Assembly: GCA_007280905.1 (NCBI GenBank)
Contig: QYQM01000070.1
Span: 69 to 64,068, forward strand
Source of the DNA: Porphyromonadaceae bacterium
Lineage (GTDB): Bacteria > Bacteroidota > Bacteroidia > Bacteroidales > UBA12481
Direction: 5' to 3'
Length of the DNA stretch: 64,000 nt
How positions within the stretch are numbered: the stretch's first letter is position 1; each line of letters begins with the position of its first letter. Below are positions 7,991 through 17,100 of the stretch, in pieces. Position numbers and translations under genes: made by a program. The notes under the pieces were generated by a model, which saw nothing but the letters and a program-made list of their open reading frames with translations, did not search any database and had not been told where the DNA came from.

Positions 7991-8016
7991 TTAAAAAACC
8001 GGCATAGCCGGCTTGG
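7991..8016 (-). terminator. Rho-independent terminator after ilvE
   Basis: Minus strand 'aagccggc tat gccggttt' stem-loop followed by 'TTTTTTAAT'. Confidence 0.7.
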
Positions 8017-8057
8017 TAGATAAAATTGAAGCGGAAAAATGAAGAATTGGAACGCTC

Positions 8058-9077
8058 TTACTCTACGAATTCGATCCACCCATAGGGATCGGGCAGGTCG
8101 CCCGTCTGAATTCCGGTAAGCTTTTCATACAGTTGCCGGGAAATAGCACCGGGTTCATCATTCTTACTGATCTGATATGTTTTACCGGTCGATTCATCCA
8201 CGATAGAGCGCACCGGGCTGATAACCGCGGCCGTTCCGCATGCACCCACCTCATCAAAGGTATCGAGCTCTTCAACGGGAACGGGCCGGATCTCCACATT
8301 CATACCCATATCTTTGGCAATCTGCTGGAGGCTCTTATTGATGATGCTCGGCAAAATGGATTTTGATTTAGGGGTAACGTAGGTATTATTCTTAATGGCG
8401 AAGAAATTAGCCGGACCCGCCTCATCGATGTATTTCTTTTCCCGGGCATCCAGGAACAAGACTGATGCATAACCTTTCTTATGTGCCACATCCAGGGCAC
8501 GCAAACTGGCTGCATAATTTCCTCCCACCTTGATGTAGCCCGTTCCCAGCGGCGCAGCCCGGTCATAGGTGCGGGTAATCATCATGTTTACCGGCCTGAA
8601 TCCCTCCTTAAAATAGGGCCCGACGGGTGTGACAAAAACCAAAAACAGATATTCAGAGGCCTCCTTAACACCCACCTGTGCACCCGAACCGATCAGTAAA
8701 GGCCTGATATAGAGTGAGGCTCCGGATCCGTAAGGAGGAACAAATCTTTTGTTCATCTGAACAGTCGTGAGGATAGCCTTGTGAAAAAGATCATCCGGGA
8801 CCTCAGCCATCATGATACCTTCGGCTGAAGTTTTCATACGCCGGCTATTCTCATCCCATCGGAAAAGCCTGATTTGGCCATCTTTGCCCATAAAGACTTT
8901 CATCCCTTCAAAAGCTTCCTGCCCATAATGGAGAGCGGTAGCTGCCATATGAAGGTTAATATATTCAGATGAAGATATTTCGAGTTCGCCCCATTGCCCG
9001 TTGCGATAATAACACCGTACATTGTAATCGGTTTTGATATAACCAAAGGGAAGCGATTTCCAGTCGAGCGTTTCCAT
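8058..9077 (-). CDS. ilvE: Branched-chain amino acid aminotransferase
   Basis: 339 aa with class-IV aminotransferase features 'HYGQEAFEGMK', 'YIRPLLIG', 'IKVGGNYAASL' and 'GTAAVISPV'. Confidence 0.9.
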   Translation of the reverse strand: METLDWKSLPFGYIKTDYNVRCYYRNGQWGELEISSSEYINLHMAATALHYGQEAFEGMKVFMGKDGQIRLFRWDENSRRMKTSAEGIMMAEVPDDLFHKAILTTVQMNKRFVPPYGSGASLYIRPLLIGSGAQVGVKEASEYLFLVFVTPVGPYFKEGFRPVNMMITRTYDRAAPLGTGYIKVGGNYAASLRALDVAHKKGYASVLFLDAREKKYIDEAGPANFFAIKNNTYVTPKSKSILPSIINKSLQQIAKDMGMNVEIRPVPVEELDTFDEVGACGTAAVISPVRSIVDESTGKTYQISKNDEPGAISRQLYEKLTGIQTGDLPDPYGWIEFVE

Positions 9078-9175
9078 AATTATATTGAAAAGTTAATTTT
9101 TTAGAATGACCAAATGTAGTAAAATTGTGCCACCTAAATGCTGATATTACCACATAGATCGACACAGAAACAAAG

Positions 9176-9769
9176 ATGAAGGAACTGGTATTCGTAACAA
9201 ACAATAAGCACAAACTCTCCGAGATCAGACAGATCCTCGGTGATTATTGTAAAATCATGAGCCTCGAAGAAATTGGATTTTCCGAAGAAATTGAGGAAAC
9301 GGCACCTGATCTTGCAGGGAATGCCTTGCTGAAGGCCAGGCATATCCATAACCGTTTCGGTTGCAATTGTTTTGCAGATGATACCGGCCTTGAAGTTGAT
9401 GCGCTCGATGGTGCTCCCGGAGTTTTTTCGGCCCGGTATGCCGGGGAAAATGCCACCTATGCCGATAATGTTAAAAAGCTCCTGGAGGCATTAGCCGGTA
9501 ATCACAATCGTACAGCCCGGTTTCGTACCGTGATTGCCCTCATCCTGGATAATCGTGAATATCTGTTTGAAGGCCGGGTGGAGGGTGAGATATTAACTGA
9601 GCCATGCGGCCTTACCGGTTTCGGTTACGACCCGGTTTTCAGGCCCTTAGAATCAAAAAAATCATTTGCCGAGATGTCAGCTGAAGAAAAGAATGTAATT
9701 TCCCATCGTGGTCGCGCTACAGCCAAACTGCAAACGTTCCTCAGCCTAACTGTTAAAGAGGCAAAATAA
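9176..9769 (+). CDS. rdgB: Non-canonical purine NTP pyrophosphatase (RdgB/HAM1 family)
   Basis: 'LVFVTNNKHKLSEI', 'ETAPDLAGNALLKA', 'ADDTGLEVDAL.GAPGV.SARYAG', 'GFGYDPVF', 'KN.ISHRG.A'. Confidence 0.9.
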   Translation: MKELVFVTNNKHKLSEIRQILGDYCKIMSLEEIGFSEEIEETAPDLAGNALLKARHIHNRFGCNCFADDTGLEVDALDGAPGVFSARYAGENATYADNVKKLLEALAGNHNRTARFRTVIALILDNREYLFEGRVEGEILTEPCGLTGFGYDPVFRPLESKKSFAEMSAEEKNVISHRGRATAKLQTFLSLTVKEAK

Positions 9770-9835
9770 ATGCGTTAAATTAGAGTTAGAGTAGTATCAA
9801 GAGGTCCTCGCCTGTCGAGTTTCGTTTAGCGTCAA

Positions 9836-9881
9836 GGGGTCCCCGCTTTCGCGGGGATGACAACGCTTCGATTTGAATTTT
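9836..9881. repeat. Structured intergenic element, copy 1: GGGGT-CCCCGC-TTTC-GCGGGG-ATGACAACGCTTCGATTTGAATTTT
   Basis: GC-rich 6-7 bp stem with a 4-nt loop and a conserved 3' tail. Second copy at 62326-62372. A weaker similarity ('ttcgKttagc') may extend ~25 nt upstream. Confidence 0.8.
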
Positions 9882-9889
9882 ACATAGTT

Positions 9890-12226
9890 ATGCAGAAAAT
9901 ATTTATCTTATTGATTTTACTGGTTCTTGCAGTTCCCGGACAGTCCCAGACTCGCGTTGGAGAGTGGCAGGATCATTTTTCTTTCAGTCAGGCAATCAGT
10001 TTGGTTGAAGCCAGGGGTATCATTTATTGCGCCACCCGTAGCGGCCTGTTTTCTTATGATCCTGCCACCACGAAAATCAGCAAATGGTCGAAAATCAATG
10101 GGCTCAGCGATCTCGAAATCTCTTGCCTGGCGTATAGTGAGGATCATAACATGCTGATTATCGCTTATACAAATTCCAATATCGACCTGCTCCGGAATAA
10201 CCAAATCATCAATATTCCGGATATCAAGCACAAAATGATGACCGGTAGTAAAAAGATAAACAGCATTCTGGTTCAGGGCGATGATGCCCTGTTATCCTGC
10301 GGATTTGGTATCATCCGGTTGAATCTCACGCGTGATGAGGTGGCATCAACCTATTTTATCGGTCCTGATGGTTCTCATCTGGCCGTCTTTGAAACAGCCA
10401 TATTTAATTTTGATTCCATTTTTGCAGCCACAGAAAAAGGAATCTTCAAAGCCGATATCAATGATCCGGAACTTGAAAATTACCGGGTCTGGACACCTGT
10501 AACCGGTCAGCCTTTTCCGGGTGAAACATTTAACCACCTGGCATACAACGACGGCAAACTTTGGGCTTCCCACCTGAGCACCACCGGGGATGTGGATTCA
10601 ATCTATACCTACAATGGGTATGAATGGACCTGGTTTCCAAGGTATTACAATGATATACGCCGCATGCAGTTTGAAGACGGGCAGGTTATCGTTGTCAGTG
10701 CATACCAGATCAACCTGATCAGTCCGGATGGCATATTGCAACGGCACATCGTGAGTTATGGTAGCAAGGATCTGATGAACCCGAATGATTTCCTCTTAGA
10801 TAATCAAGGGAAACCTTGGATAGCCGATCGAGATTTCGGCCTGATCTACTCGCCTGATTTTGTAACTTATACAAAAATAAGGCCTGCCGGTCCATGGGAC
10901 CGTAAAACTTTTGATATGGTAATCGCCGATGGAGATCTATGGATAGCCGGTGGAGCTTATGATGCCTCATGGAACAATATCTGGAACATCAGCGGAGTAT
11001 CGGCCAAACTCGATGGCACCTGGAAGGTGTTCAACCCGATCACCGTTTCCCAAATGGGACAAATCCGTGATATTGTGCGGCTGGCAGTTGATCCGGCCGA
11101 TCCGCACCATTTGTATGGCGCTTCATGGGGCTACGGGGTTGTAGAATTCAAAGACGGCGAATATGTCGGAATTTTCGATGATACGAACACCGATGGTGCA
11201 CTACAGAGTGTATTCCCGGGAAATCCGTATCTCCGTATCGGCGGACTCGCATTTGATTCGAAGAACAACCTGTGGGTAACCAATTCCAGTGTACCGTCAC
11301 CGGTATCGGTCATGAAAAAAGATGGCACCTGGAAAAGTTTCCCCTATGGTCAGTATCTCGGGGATGCCTTTACCGGCCCGATCGTAATCACTCCGGGTGA
11401 TGTCAAGTGGATCCTGCTGCCCAAAGGCAACGGGTTGTTTGCGTTTGATAACGGTAAAGACATCGATGACGTTGCTGACGACCGTATTGTGAGGATGCCG
11501 CTAAGAGTTACATTTCCTCCGAAAAACACCATTAAGATACTGAACGACATTTATTCTATGGCTGTTGATCTCGATGGAAGGCTGTGGATTGGGACCAGCT
11601 CAGGGGCTGTGGTCTATTATAACCCTTCGGCCGTTTTTTTATCATCTGATTTTTACGCTTCCCAACCCAGCGTGAACCAGGGCGACACCTTGTATCACGG
11701 GCTGCTAGCAACCGAAATTGTGACCGCCATAGCAGTTGACGGAGCCAACCGGAAATGGTTTGGCACCAGGAATTCAGGTGTTTTTTTAACCAATGCCGAT
11801 GGAACCGAAACGATTCAATCGTTTAATGTCACCAATTCGCCCTTGCCATCGAATGAAATCATATCCATCGTGATTGACAATCAATCCGGTGAAGTATATT
11901 TTGGCACCGAGGGAGGTGTCATATCCTACCGTGGAACTGCAATCCGGGATGATCTCTACATCGGTCCGGTTTATGCCTTCCCCAATCCGGTGAGGCCTGG
12001 TTATAACGGCCCCATTACTGTGAAAGGAGTACCTTCGGAATCAGTGGTAAAGATCACCGACCTCACCGGTAACCTGGTTTTTGAAGGGGAGAGTGTCGGG
12101 GGGCAGATTACCTGGGATGGCAATGAGCGATCGGGCCAGCCGGTGGTTACGGGCGTTTATCTGGTTTTTGCATCCACAACGGATGCATCGAGAAAAGCAA
12201 TCACAAAGATTCTGATCGTTCGCTAA
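9890..12226 (+). CDS. Two-propeller ('two-component regulator propeller'-like) protein with a T9SS C-terminal domain; PorZ-like
   Basis: Signal peptide 'MQKIFILLILLVLAVPGQSQ', ~700 aa of beta-propeller-like sequence, and a C-terminal ~80 aa 'FPNPVRPG...VKITDLTGNLVF...GVYLVF...KILIVR'. The PorZ assignment rests on size and architecture only. Start moved to 9890; the ORF-track start at 9857 lies inside the hairpin repeat. Confidence 0.6.
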   Translation: MQKIFILLILLVLAVPGQSQTRVGEWQDHFSFSQAISLVEARGIIYCATRSGLFSYDPATTKISKWSKINGLSDLEISCLAYSEDHNMLIIAYTNSNIDLLRNNQIINIPDIKHKMMTGSKKINSILVQGDDALLSCGFGIIRLNLTRDEVASTYFIGPDGSHLAVFETAIFNFDSIFAATEKGIFKADINDPELENYRVWTPVTGQPFPGETFNHLAYNDGKLWASHLSTTGDVDSIYTYNGYEWTWFPRYYNDIRRMQFEDGQVIVVSAYQINLISPDGILQRHIVSYGSKDLMNPNDFLLDNQGKPWIADRDFGLIYSPDFVTYTKIRPAGPWDRKTFDMVIADGDLWIAGGAYDASWNNIWNISGVSAKLDGTWKVFNPITVSQMGQIRDIVRLAVDPADPHHLYGASWGYGVVEFKDGEYVGIFDDTNTDGALQSVFPGNPYLRIGGLAFDSKNNLWVTNSSVPSPVSVMKKDGTWKSFPYGQYLGDAFTGPIVITPGDVKWILLPKGNGLFAFDNGKDIDDVADDRIVRMPLRVTFPPKNTIKILNDIYSMAVDLDGRLWIGTSSGAVVYYNPSAVFLSSDFYASQPSVNQGDTLYHGLLATEIVTAIAVDGANRKWFGTRNSGVFLTNADGTETIQSFNVTNSPLPSNEIISIVIDNQSGEVYFGTEGGVISYRGTAIRDDLYIGPVYAFPNPVRPGYNGPITVKGVPSESVVKITDLTGNLVFEGESVGGQITWDGNERSGQPVVTGVYLVFASTTDASRKAITKILIVR

Positions 12227-12228
12227 CC

Positions 12229-12954
12229 ATGATTGAAAAAACCCTCGGAATTGTTCTCAAACAGATCAAGTACGGGGAAACCAGCATTATCGCCCACCTG
12301 TATACCCGTCGTTGGGGCCGGATAGGAATTATGGTGCCCGGTGCACGTACTTCATCAAAAAACCGGAAGGCTTACCTTTTCCAACCGCTGACCATACTGG
12401 AACTGGAAGTGTATTATAAGGCCAATCGCGACCTGCAGAATATCAAAGAAGTCAAAAACCACAGTCCGTTTATGCATCTGACCGGCGATCCGGTAAAAAG
12501 TTCGGTAGCACTTTTTCTGGCCGAGATACTGAATAAAGCACTCCGTGAGGAGGAGCCCAATGAAGAATTATTTGATTTTCTGAATAGCCATATCCAATTT
12601 CTGGATCTCACAGATCAGGGTATCGCCAATTTTCACCTCTATTTTCTGCTCCGGTTATCGCGCCATCTCGGATTTAATCCGGGAATACCACCAGCTCAGA
12701 GCGATTTATGGTTTGACCTGGCCCACGGCACTTTCACCACTTCCCCGCCCCTGCACGATTCATTTCTTACCCCTGAATTGACCACCCTTCTGATCCGGTT
12801 TCTGTCGGTTCAGGCTTCCGACCTGGCATCTATTGTTATCGACCGCAATAAGCGGATTGAACTTCTCGAAGGGATCCTGCGGTATTATTATCTTCATCTG
12901 GAAGGATTGGGCGAAATCAAGTCGCATACCGTTTTGCATGCCTTATTCGACTGA
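12229..12954 (+). CDS. recO: DNA repair protein RecO
   Basis: 241 aa with an OB-fold N-terminus ('GIVLKQIKYGETSIIAHLYT...G') and RecO-like helical C-terminal layout. Confidence 0.8.
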   Translation: MIEKTLGIVLKQIKYGETSIIAHLYTRRWGRIGIMVPGARTSSKNRKAYLFQPLTILELEVYYKANRDLQNIKEVKNHSPFMHLTGDPVKSSVALFLAEILNKALREEEPNEELFDFLNSHIQFLDLTDQGIANFHLYFLLRLSRHLGFNPGIPPAQSDLWFDLAHGTFTTSPPLHDSFLTPELTTLLIRFLSVQASDLASIVIDRNKRIELLEGILRYYYLHLEGLGEIKSHTVLHALFD

Positions 12955-12987
12955 TCGGGGTGCGCATTGCCGGAATATTTTTTTTCG

Positions 12988-12995
12988 TATTTTTG
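12988..12995 (+). promoter_or_regulatory. -7 promoter box TATTTTTG upstream of the tRNA-Arg pair
   Basis: Matches TAnnTTTG and ends 13 nt before tRNA position 1. Confidence 0.5.
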
Positions 12996-13008
12996 CATCC
13001 TCAATTGC

Positions 13009-13080
13009 GGCCTCATAGTTCAAGGGATAGAACGGAAGTTTCCTAAACTTTAAATTCAGGTTCGAGTCCTGGTGGGGCTA
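13009..13080 (+). tRNA. tRNA-Arg (anticodon CCT)
   Basis: Hand-folded cloverleaf. Acceptor GGCCTCA/TGGGGCT (with G-U pairs), D arm GTTC-AAGGGATA-GAAC, anticodon arm GAAGT-TTCCTAA-ACTTT, T arm TCAGG-TTCGAGT-CCTGG, discriminator A. No encoded CCA. Confidence 0.85.
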
Positions 13081-13082
13081 CT

Positions 13083-13137
13083 TGGGTTTGTGTGTGGGTG
13101 TGAGTGTGGGTGTGCGTATGGGTATGTGCGTGTGGAA
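13083..13137. repeat. GT-rich short-unit repeat (GTGTGGG/GTGAGTG/GTGCGTA-like) filling the spacer between the two tRNA-Arg genes
   Basis: 'ttgggtttgtgtgtgggtgtgagtgtgggtgtgcgtatgggtatgtgcgtgtgg'. It is the source of the spurious 'HTHTHTHTHT' ORF on the minus strand. Confidence 0.85.
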
Positions 13138-13158
13138 GAGGTAGTGGATCAATTATCT

Positions 13159-13230
13159 GGCTCCGTAGTTCAAGGGATAGAATGATAGTTTCCGGAACTA
13201 TAGATACTGGTTCGAGTCCAGTCGGGGCTA
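13159..13230 (+). tRNA. tRNA-Arg (anticodon CCG)
   Basis: Hand-folded cloverleaf. Acceptor GGCTCCG/CGGGGCT, D arm GTTC-AAGGGATA-GAAT, anticodon arm ATAGT-TTCCGGA-ACTAT, T arm ACTGG-TTCGAGT-CCAGT, discriminator A. Confidence 0.85.
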
Positions 13231-13246
13231 CACAACTGGAAAAGTG

Positions 13247-13284
13247 CCCTCTGTAAATCAATGACTTACAGAGGGATTTTTTTT
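13247..13284 (+). terminator. Rho-independent terminator after the tRNA pair
   Basis: 10-bp stem 'ccctctgtaa'/'ttacagaggg' followed by a run of 8 T. Confidence 0.85.
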
Positions 13285-13381
13285 ATAAATCTAAGAGTAA
13301 AGGTAAAATGATTGGTTGAGCAACCCGACAGAGGATGTTTGCCGTTTGAGTTTACCAGCCTCCAGGAAAATTCATTGAAAA

Positions 13382-13413
13382 TTACCAAAATGGTAACTTT
13401 TTTAGTATCTTTG
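13382..13413 (+). promoter_or_regulatory. higBA promoter: palindrome TTACCA-AAA-TGGTAA followed 9 nt later by the -7 box TATCTTTG
   Basis: Perfect 6+6 inverted repeat at 13382-13396; box at 13406-13413, ending 20 nt before the higB ATG. This is a plausible HigA operator. Confidence 0.55.
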
Positions 13414-13433
13414 TCGCAATTATTTACAAATCG

Positions 13434-13727
13434 ATGAGAGTAATAGCTAAAAAGATACTTCGGGATTTTTGGGAGGAAAAAAATGATTCAAAAGAACAAC
13501 TTAAGACCTGGTATAAAGAAGCTTCAAAAGCTATATGGCTTTCTCCAAATGATATTAAAGCTGCGTATCTACAAGCAAGTATTTTAAAAAGTGGAAGAGT
13601 AGTTTTCAATATATGTGGCAACAGATACAGGTTGATAGTCCGGATAAATTATCCAAGAAGGTGGGTTTTTATTAGATTCATTGGTACACATGCAGAATAT
13701 GATAAAATTGATGCTGATAAAATTTAA
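13434..13727 (+). CDS. higB: Type II toxin HigB (RelE-fold mRNA interferase, YgjN-like)
   Basis: 97 aa, 'MRVIAKKILRDFW...FNICGNRYRLIVRINY....VFIRFIGTHAEYDKI', resembling the E. coli HigB/YgjN family. It is followed 5 nt later by an HTH antitoxin. Confidence 0.8.
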   Translation: MRVIAKKILRDFWEEKNDSKEQLKTWYKEASKAIWLSPNDIKAAYLQASILKSGRVVFNICGNRYRLIVRINYPRRWVFIRFIGTHAEYDKIDADKI

Positions 13728-13732
13728 AAGTC

Positions 13733-14083
13733 ATGGAAATAAAAATTATTAAGACAGAAGAAGATTATAATCAGGCTCTAAAGAGACTTGAAGTTGTTTT
13801 TGATGCGCCGGTGGATACACCTGAAGGCGATGAGGCGGAACTATTAGGATTATTGGTTGAGAAATTCGAAGATGAACATTATCCGATTGAATCACCGGAC
13901 CCGATTACAGCAATTAAGTTCCGGATGGAGCAGATGAATATGGATAACCAGGATTTAGCTAATGTGATAGGATATAAAAGCAGAGTTTCTGAGATTTTCA
14001 ATCTTAAAAGGAAATTGACTCTTAAAATGATAAGAAGCCTTCATGAAAAGTTGAAAATACCCTATGAATCCTTAATTACATAA
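13733..14083 (+). CDS. higA: HigA-type antitoxin (HTH / XRE-like C-terminal domain)
   Basis: 116 aa. The N-terminus 'IKTEEDYNQALKRLEVVFDA' and C-terminus 'MEQMNMDNQDLANVIGYKSRVSEIFNLKRKLTLKMIRSLHEKLKIP' are typical of YgjM-like HigA. Confidence 0.75.
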   Translation: MEIKIIKTEEDYNQALKRLEVVFDAPVDTPEGDEAELLGLLVEKFEDEHYPIESPDPITAIKFRMEQMNMDNQDLANVIGYKSRVSEIFNLKRKLTLKMIRSLHEKLKIPYESLIT

Positions 14084-14141
14084 TCCATCGCCCAACTGTT
14101 GTTTATCAATCGTTTTTAATGCTTTATTTCCTAAACTTTTC

Positions 14142-14175
14142 GACCTTTACAATAAACAGACCTTTACAATAAAAT
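14142..14175 (+). repeat. Exact 15-nt motif GACCTTTACAATAAA repeated twice in tandem (17-nt period) 23 nt upstream of the first T9SS cargo gene
   Basis: 'gacctttacaataaaca gacctttacaataaaat', read directly. Confidence 0.8.
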
Positions 14176-14197
14176 CGTTTTCAATAAATAATCTGTT

Positions 14198-17100
14198 ATG
14201 ACTCATAAACCATTAATGCTTCTGTTGCTGTCGGTTTTCCTCCTGATGGGCGGACTATCCGTATCTGCACAGAATAAGCCTGTCACCGCTCCAAAAGACT
14301 ATGCATCTTATCCCTATTGGATTGACATGATGCAAGATCCGCACGGAAATTTCTTTGAGATTCAGAAGGCTTTTTACACCTACTGGGAAGGCCGCGAAGT
14401 CACCAGGGGAACAGGATATAAACCGTTCAAGCGTTGGGAATATTATTGGCAATACCGGATCAATCCGGATGGAACCTTTCCGGAACCTGGCCAGGTTTAT
14501 CGCGAATACAATAATTATGTACAAACCCACCCGGTAGATGCCGGATTAAAAACCGGACAGGCTGTTTGGCAGGAACTCGGTCCGAAAAGTCGCGTTGATT
14601 ATGGCGGATATGTAGGCGTAGGCCGTATTAATGCTATCGGATTCCATCCCACGGATACTGCTACGGTTTATATTGGCGCCCCCTCCGGAGGCTTCTGGAT
14701 CACCCATGATGGCGGCCTTACATGGGCTTCACCTACCGATAATCTTCCAACGCTGGGTGTCTCTGCCATCCTGGTAAATCCAACCAGCCCGAATTTAATC
14801 CTGATCGGTACAGGAGACCGCGATGGCGGCAATTCTAATGGACTGGGCGTTTTCCGCAGTGATGATGGCGGACTGACCTGGCAGCAGTTTAATACCGGAA
14901 TGGGAAATGTTACCGTCGGGATGTTTGCCCGGCCGGAAAGCAACCTGCGGTTCATTCTTGCCGCGGCTAACGGCGGAATCTTTAAAACCCTTGACGGTGG
15001 TGAAAACTGGACCAAAACATCACCGGATAACTCCAATTACAGGGACGTAAAATTTAAACCTGGCAGTATCACAATCGCTTATGCCACAGCAGACAACGGA
15101 TTTTACCGTTCTGAAAACGGAGGTGATACCTGGACTCTCGTTCCAACCTCCAGCGGTTATCCGAATGGCGGACGACTGGTGATCGGGGTAACTCCGGCAA
15201 ATGACAGCCTGGTTTATCTCGTTGGTGGAGCCGCTAAGTTTCAGGGTTGCTTCCTTTCGCGAAATTTCGGCCAGAGCTTCGTTACGCAATCAACCACACC
15301 CAATATTCTTGGATATGAATACGATGGTTCCGATGATAAAAGTCAAGCCTGGTACGACCTGATGATCCACATTGACCTCACCAACCCGCTGATCGTTTAT
15401 GTTGGCGGCGTAAATATCTGGAAATCTGTTGATGGAGGCAAAAACTGGCAAATAGTAGGTCATTGGTGGGGCGACCGGACCAATGAAGTACATGCCGATC
15501 AGCATACGTTTGCCTTCAATCCGGCTAATAACCGGCTTTATGCAGGAAACGACGGCGGAATCTATTACACTGGCAATCAGGGAACTTCCTGGAAAGAGAT
15601 CAGTGAAGGATTGGGCATCGGACAATTATACAAAATAGGAGTGAGCAACACCGATTCGAAAAAAATTACCGGGGGATTTCAGGATAATGGCAGCGCAACA
15701 TGGACAGGCACCAACTGGTTAAATTCGGGTGGCGGCGATGGTATGGAATGCGCCGTCGATCCCTATGATGCACGCTATAGCTATACCTCGTTGTATTACG
15801 GTTCTCTTACCCGCTACTATAACAATTCCGGTGGACGCAATGTTGCCGCCAAAGGCACCAACGGTATCACCGAAGACGGAGCCTGGGTTACCCCTTTCCT
15901 CATCAGCGAAAGTGGTGGAAATACCATGGTTGTCGGATATAAAAACATCTGGATCAGCCAAAATGTAAAATCTAACGGAACGATCACCTGGACCAAAATA
16001 TCCGACAATCTCGCCGGCAGGAATGATGTAAATATGTCAGTTCTGGAGCAATCACCTGCCGATTTTAATTTCCTTTTTGCAGCCCGGTCGGATAATAAAC
16101 TTTTCCGGACCGATAATCTGCTGACTCCCCCGGTAGTATGGACAGACATTACCTCAAGGCTCCCCGTAAACGGAAATCCTTCCGATCTGGAATGTCACCC
16201 GTATGATCCCAATACCGTTTATATGGTGTTGAACCAGAAAGTGTATAAATCCACCAATAAGGGAAGCTCCTGGCAGAATATCTCCGGTAGTTTGCCGGCT
16301 ATCAACATCAGTACCATTGTATTCGATAAAACCAGTAACGAAGGACTTTACATAGGCACTGATGCCGGAACTTTTTATAAGGATGCTGATAGGTCTGACT
16401 GGGTAATGTATGGTGAATCTTTTCCGGTTTCGGTTGGGGTATCCGAACTGGAGATCTACAATGATCCGCGTAACCGCGCTGAATCCCGCTTAAGGGCTTC
16501 AACATTCGGCAGAGGCGTTTGGGAAATTAACCTCGCCGAATCACACGCCGTTTTACCTCCTGCTTTGCTAACGGCAACAACGGTGGATTCAAATATTGAG
16601 CTGACCTGGGTTCCCCCATTTTATGAGCAAAACATCCAGGGTTACCGGATTTACCGGAACGGTGAGTTTTTGACCATGATCAGCGGAGTGAGCTTTACCG
16701 ATATGAATGTTGAATCAGATGTAACCTTTACCTACAAAATTTCTGCACTATATATAGGTGGTATTGAATCGGGTTTCACAAACGAAGCTTTTGCCACAAT
16801 CGTTTCCCCGATAGAACTTCCTTATAGTCAGCCATTTGAAAAAGGTACTGCTGGTTGGACAGCGAAGTTTTCCTATGAAGGCTGGAAATACGGGACCGCT
16901 GAAACGCTCGCGGTGACCGGTCGTGACGGGCATTTCTTTGCCGCAAACAGCGCCGCTGCCGGAGAAGGCGTTCAGGTAAAAGACTACCTGTTTACTCCTG
17001 TTATCGATTTGTCCAGCTATACCGGAAAAACCATTACCCTGAAATTTGCTTATACTATGCGCAAATACAGAACGTATGATAAATTCAGCGTGGTTTATCG

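Noticed and set aside
9857-9889. Upstream ATG start for the PorZ-like gene (MTTLRFEFYIV...)
   Set aside because: These codons lie in the conserved tail of the intergenic hairpin element. The Met at 9890 is followed directly by a typical signal peptide.
13043-13261. 72-aa minus-strand ORF with an 'HTHTHTHTHTHT' run
   Set aside because: It spans both tRNA-Arg genes and the GT-rich spacer, so it is a translation artefact of low-complexity DNA.
12955-14197. Integrative element or prophage at the tRNA-Arg genes
   Set aside because: I found no integrase, excisionase or phage genes, and no duplicated tRNA 3' segment. Only the 0.9-kb higBA islet is present.
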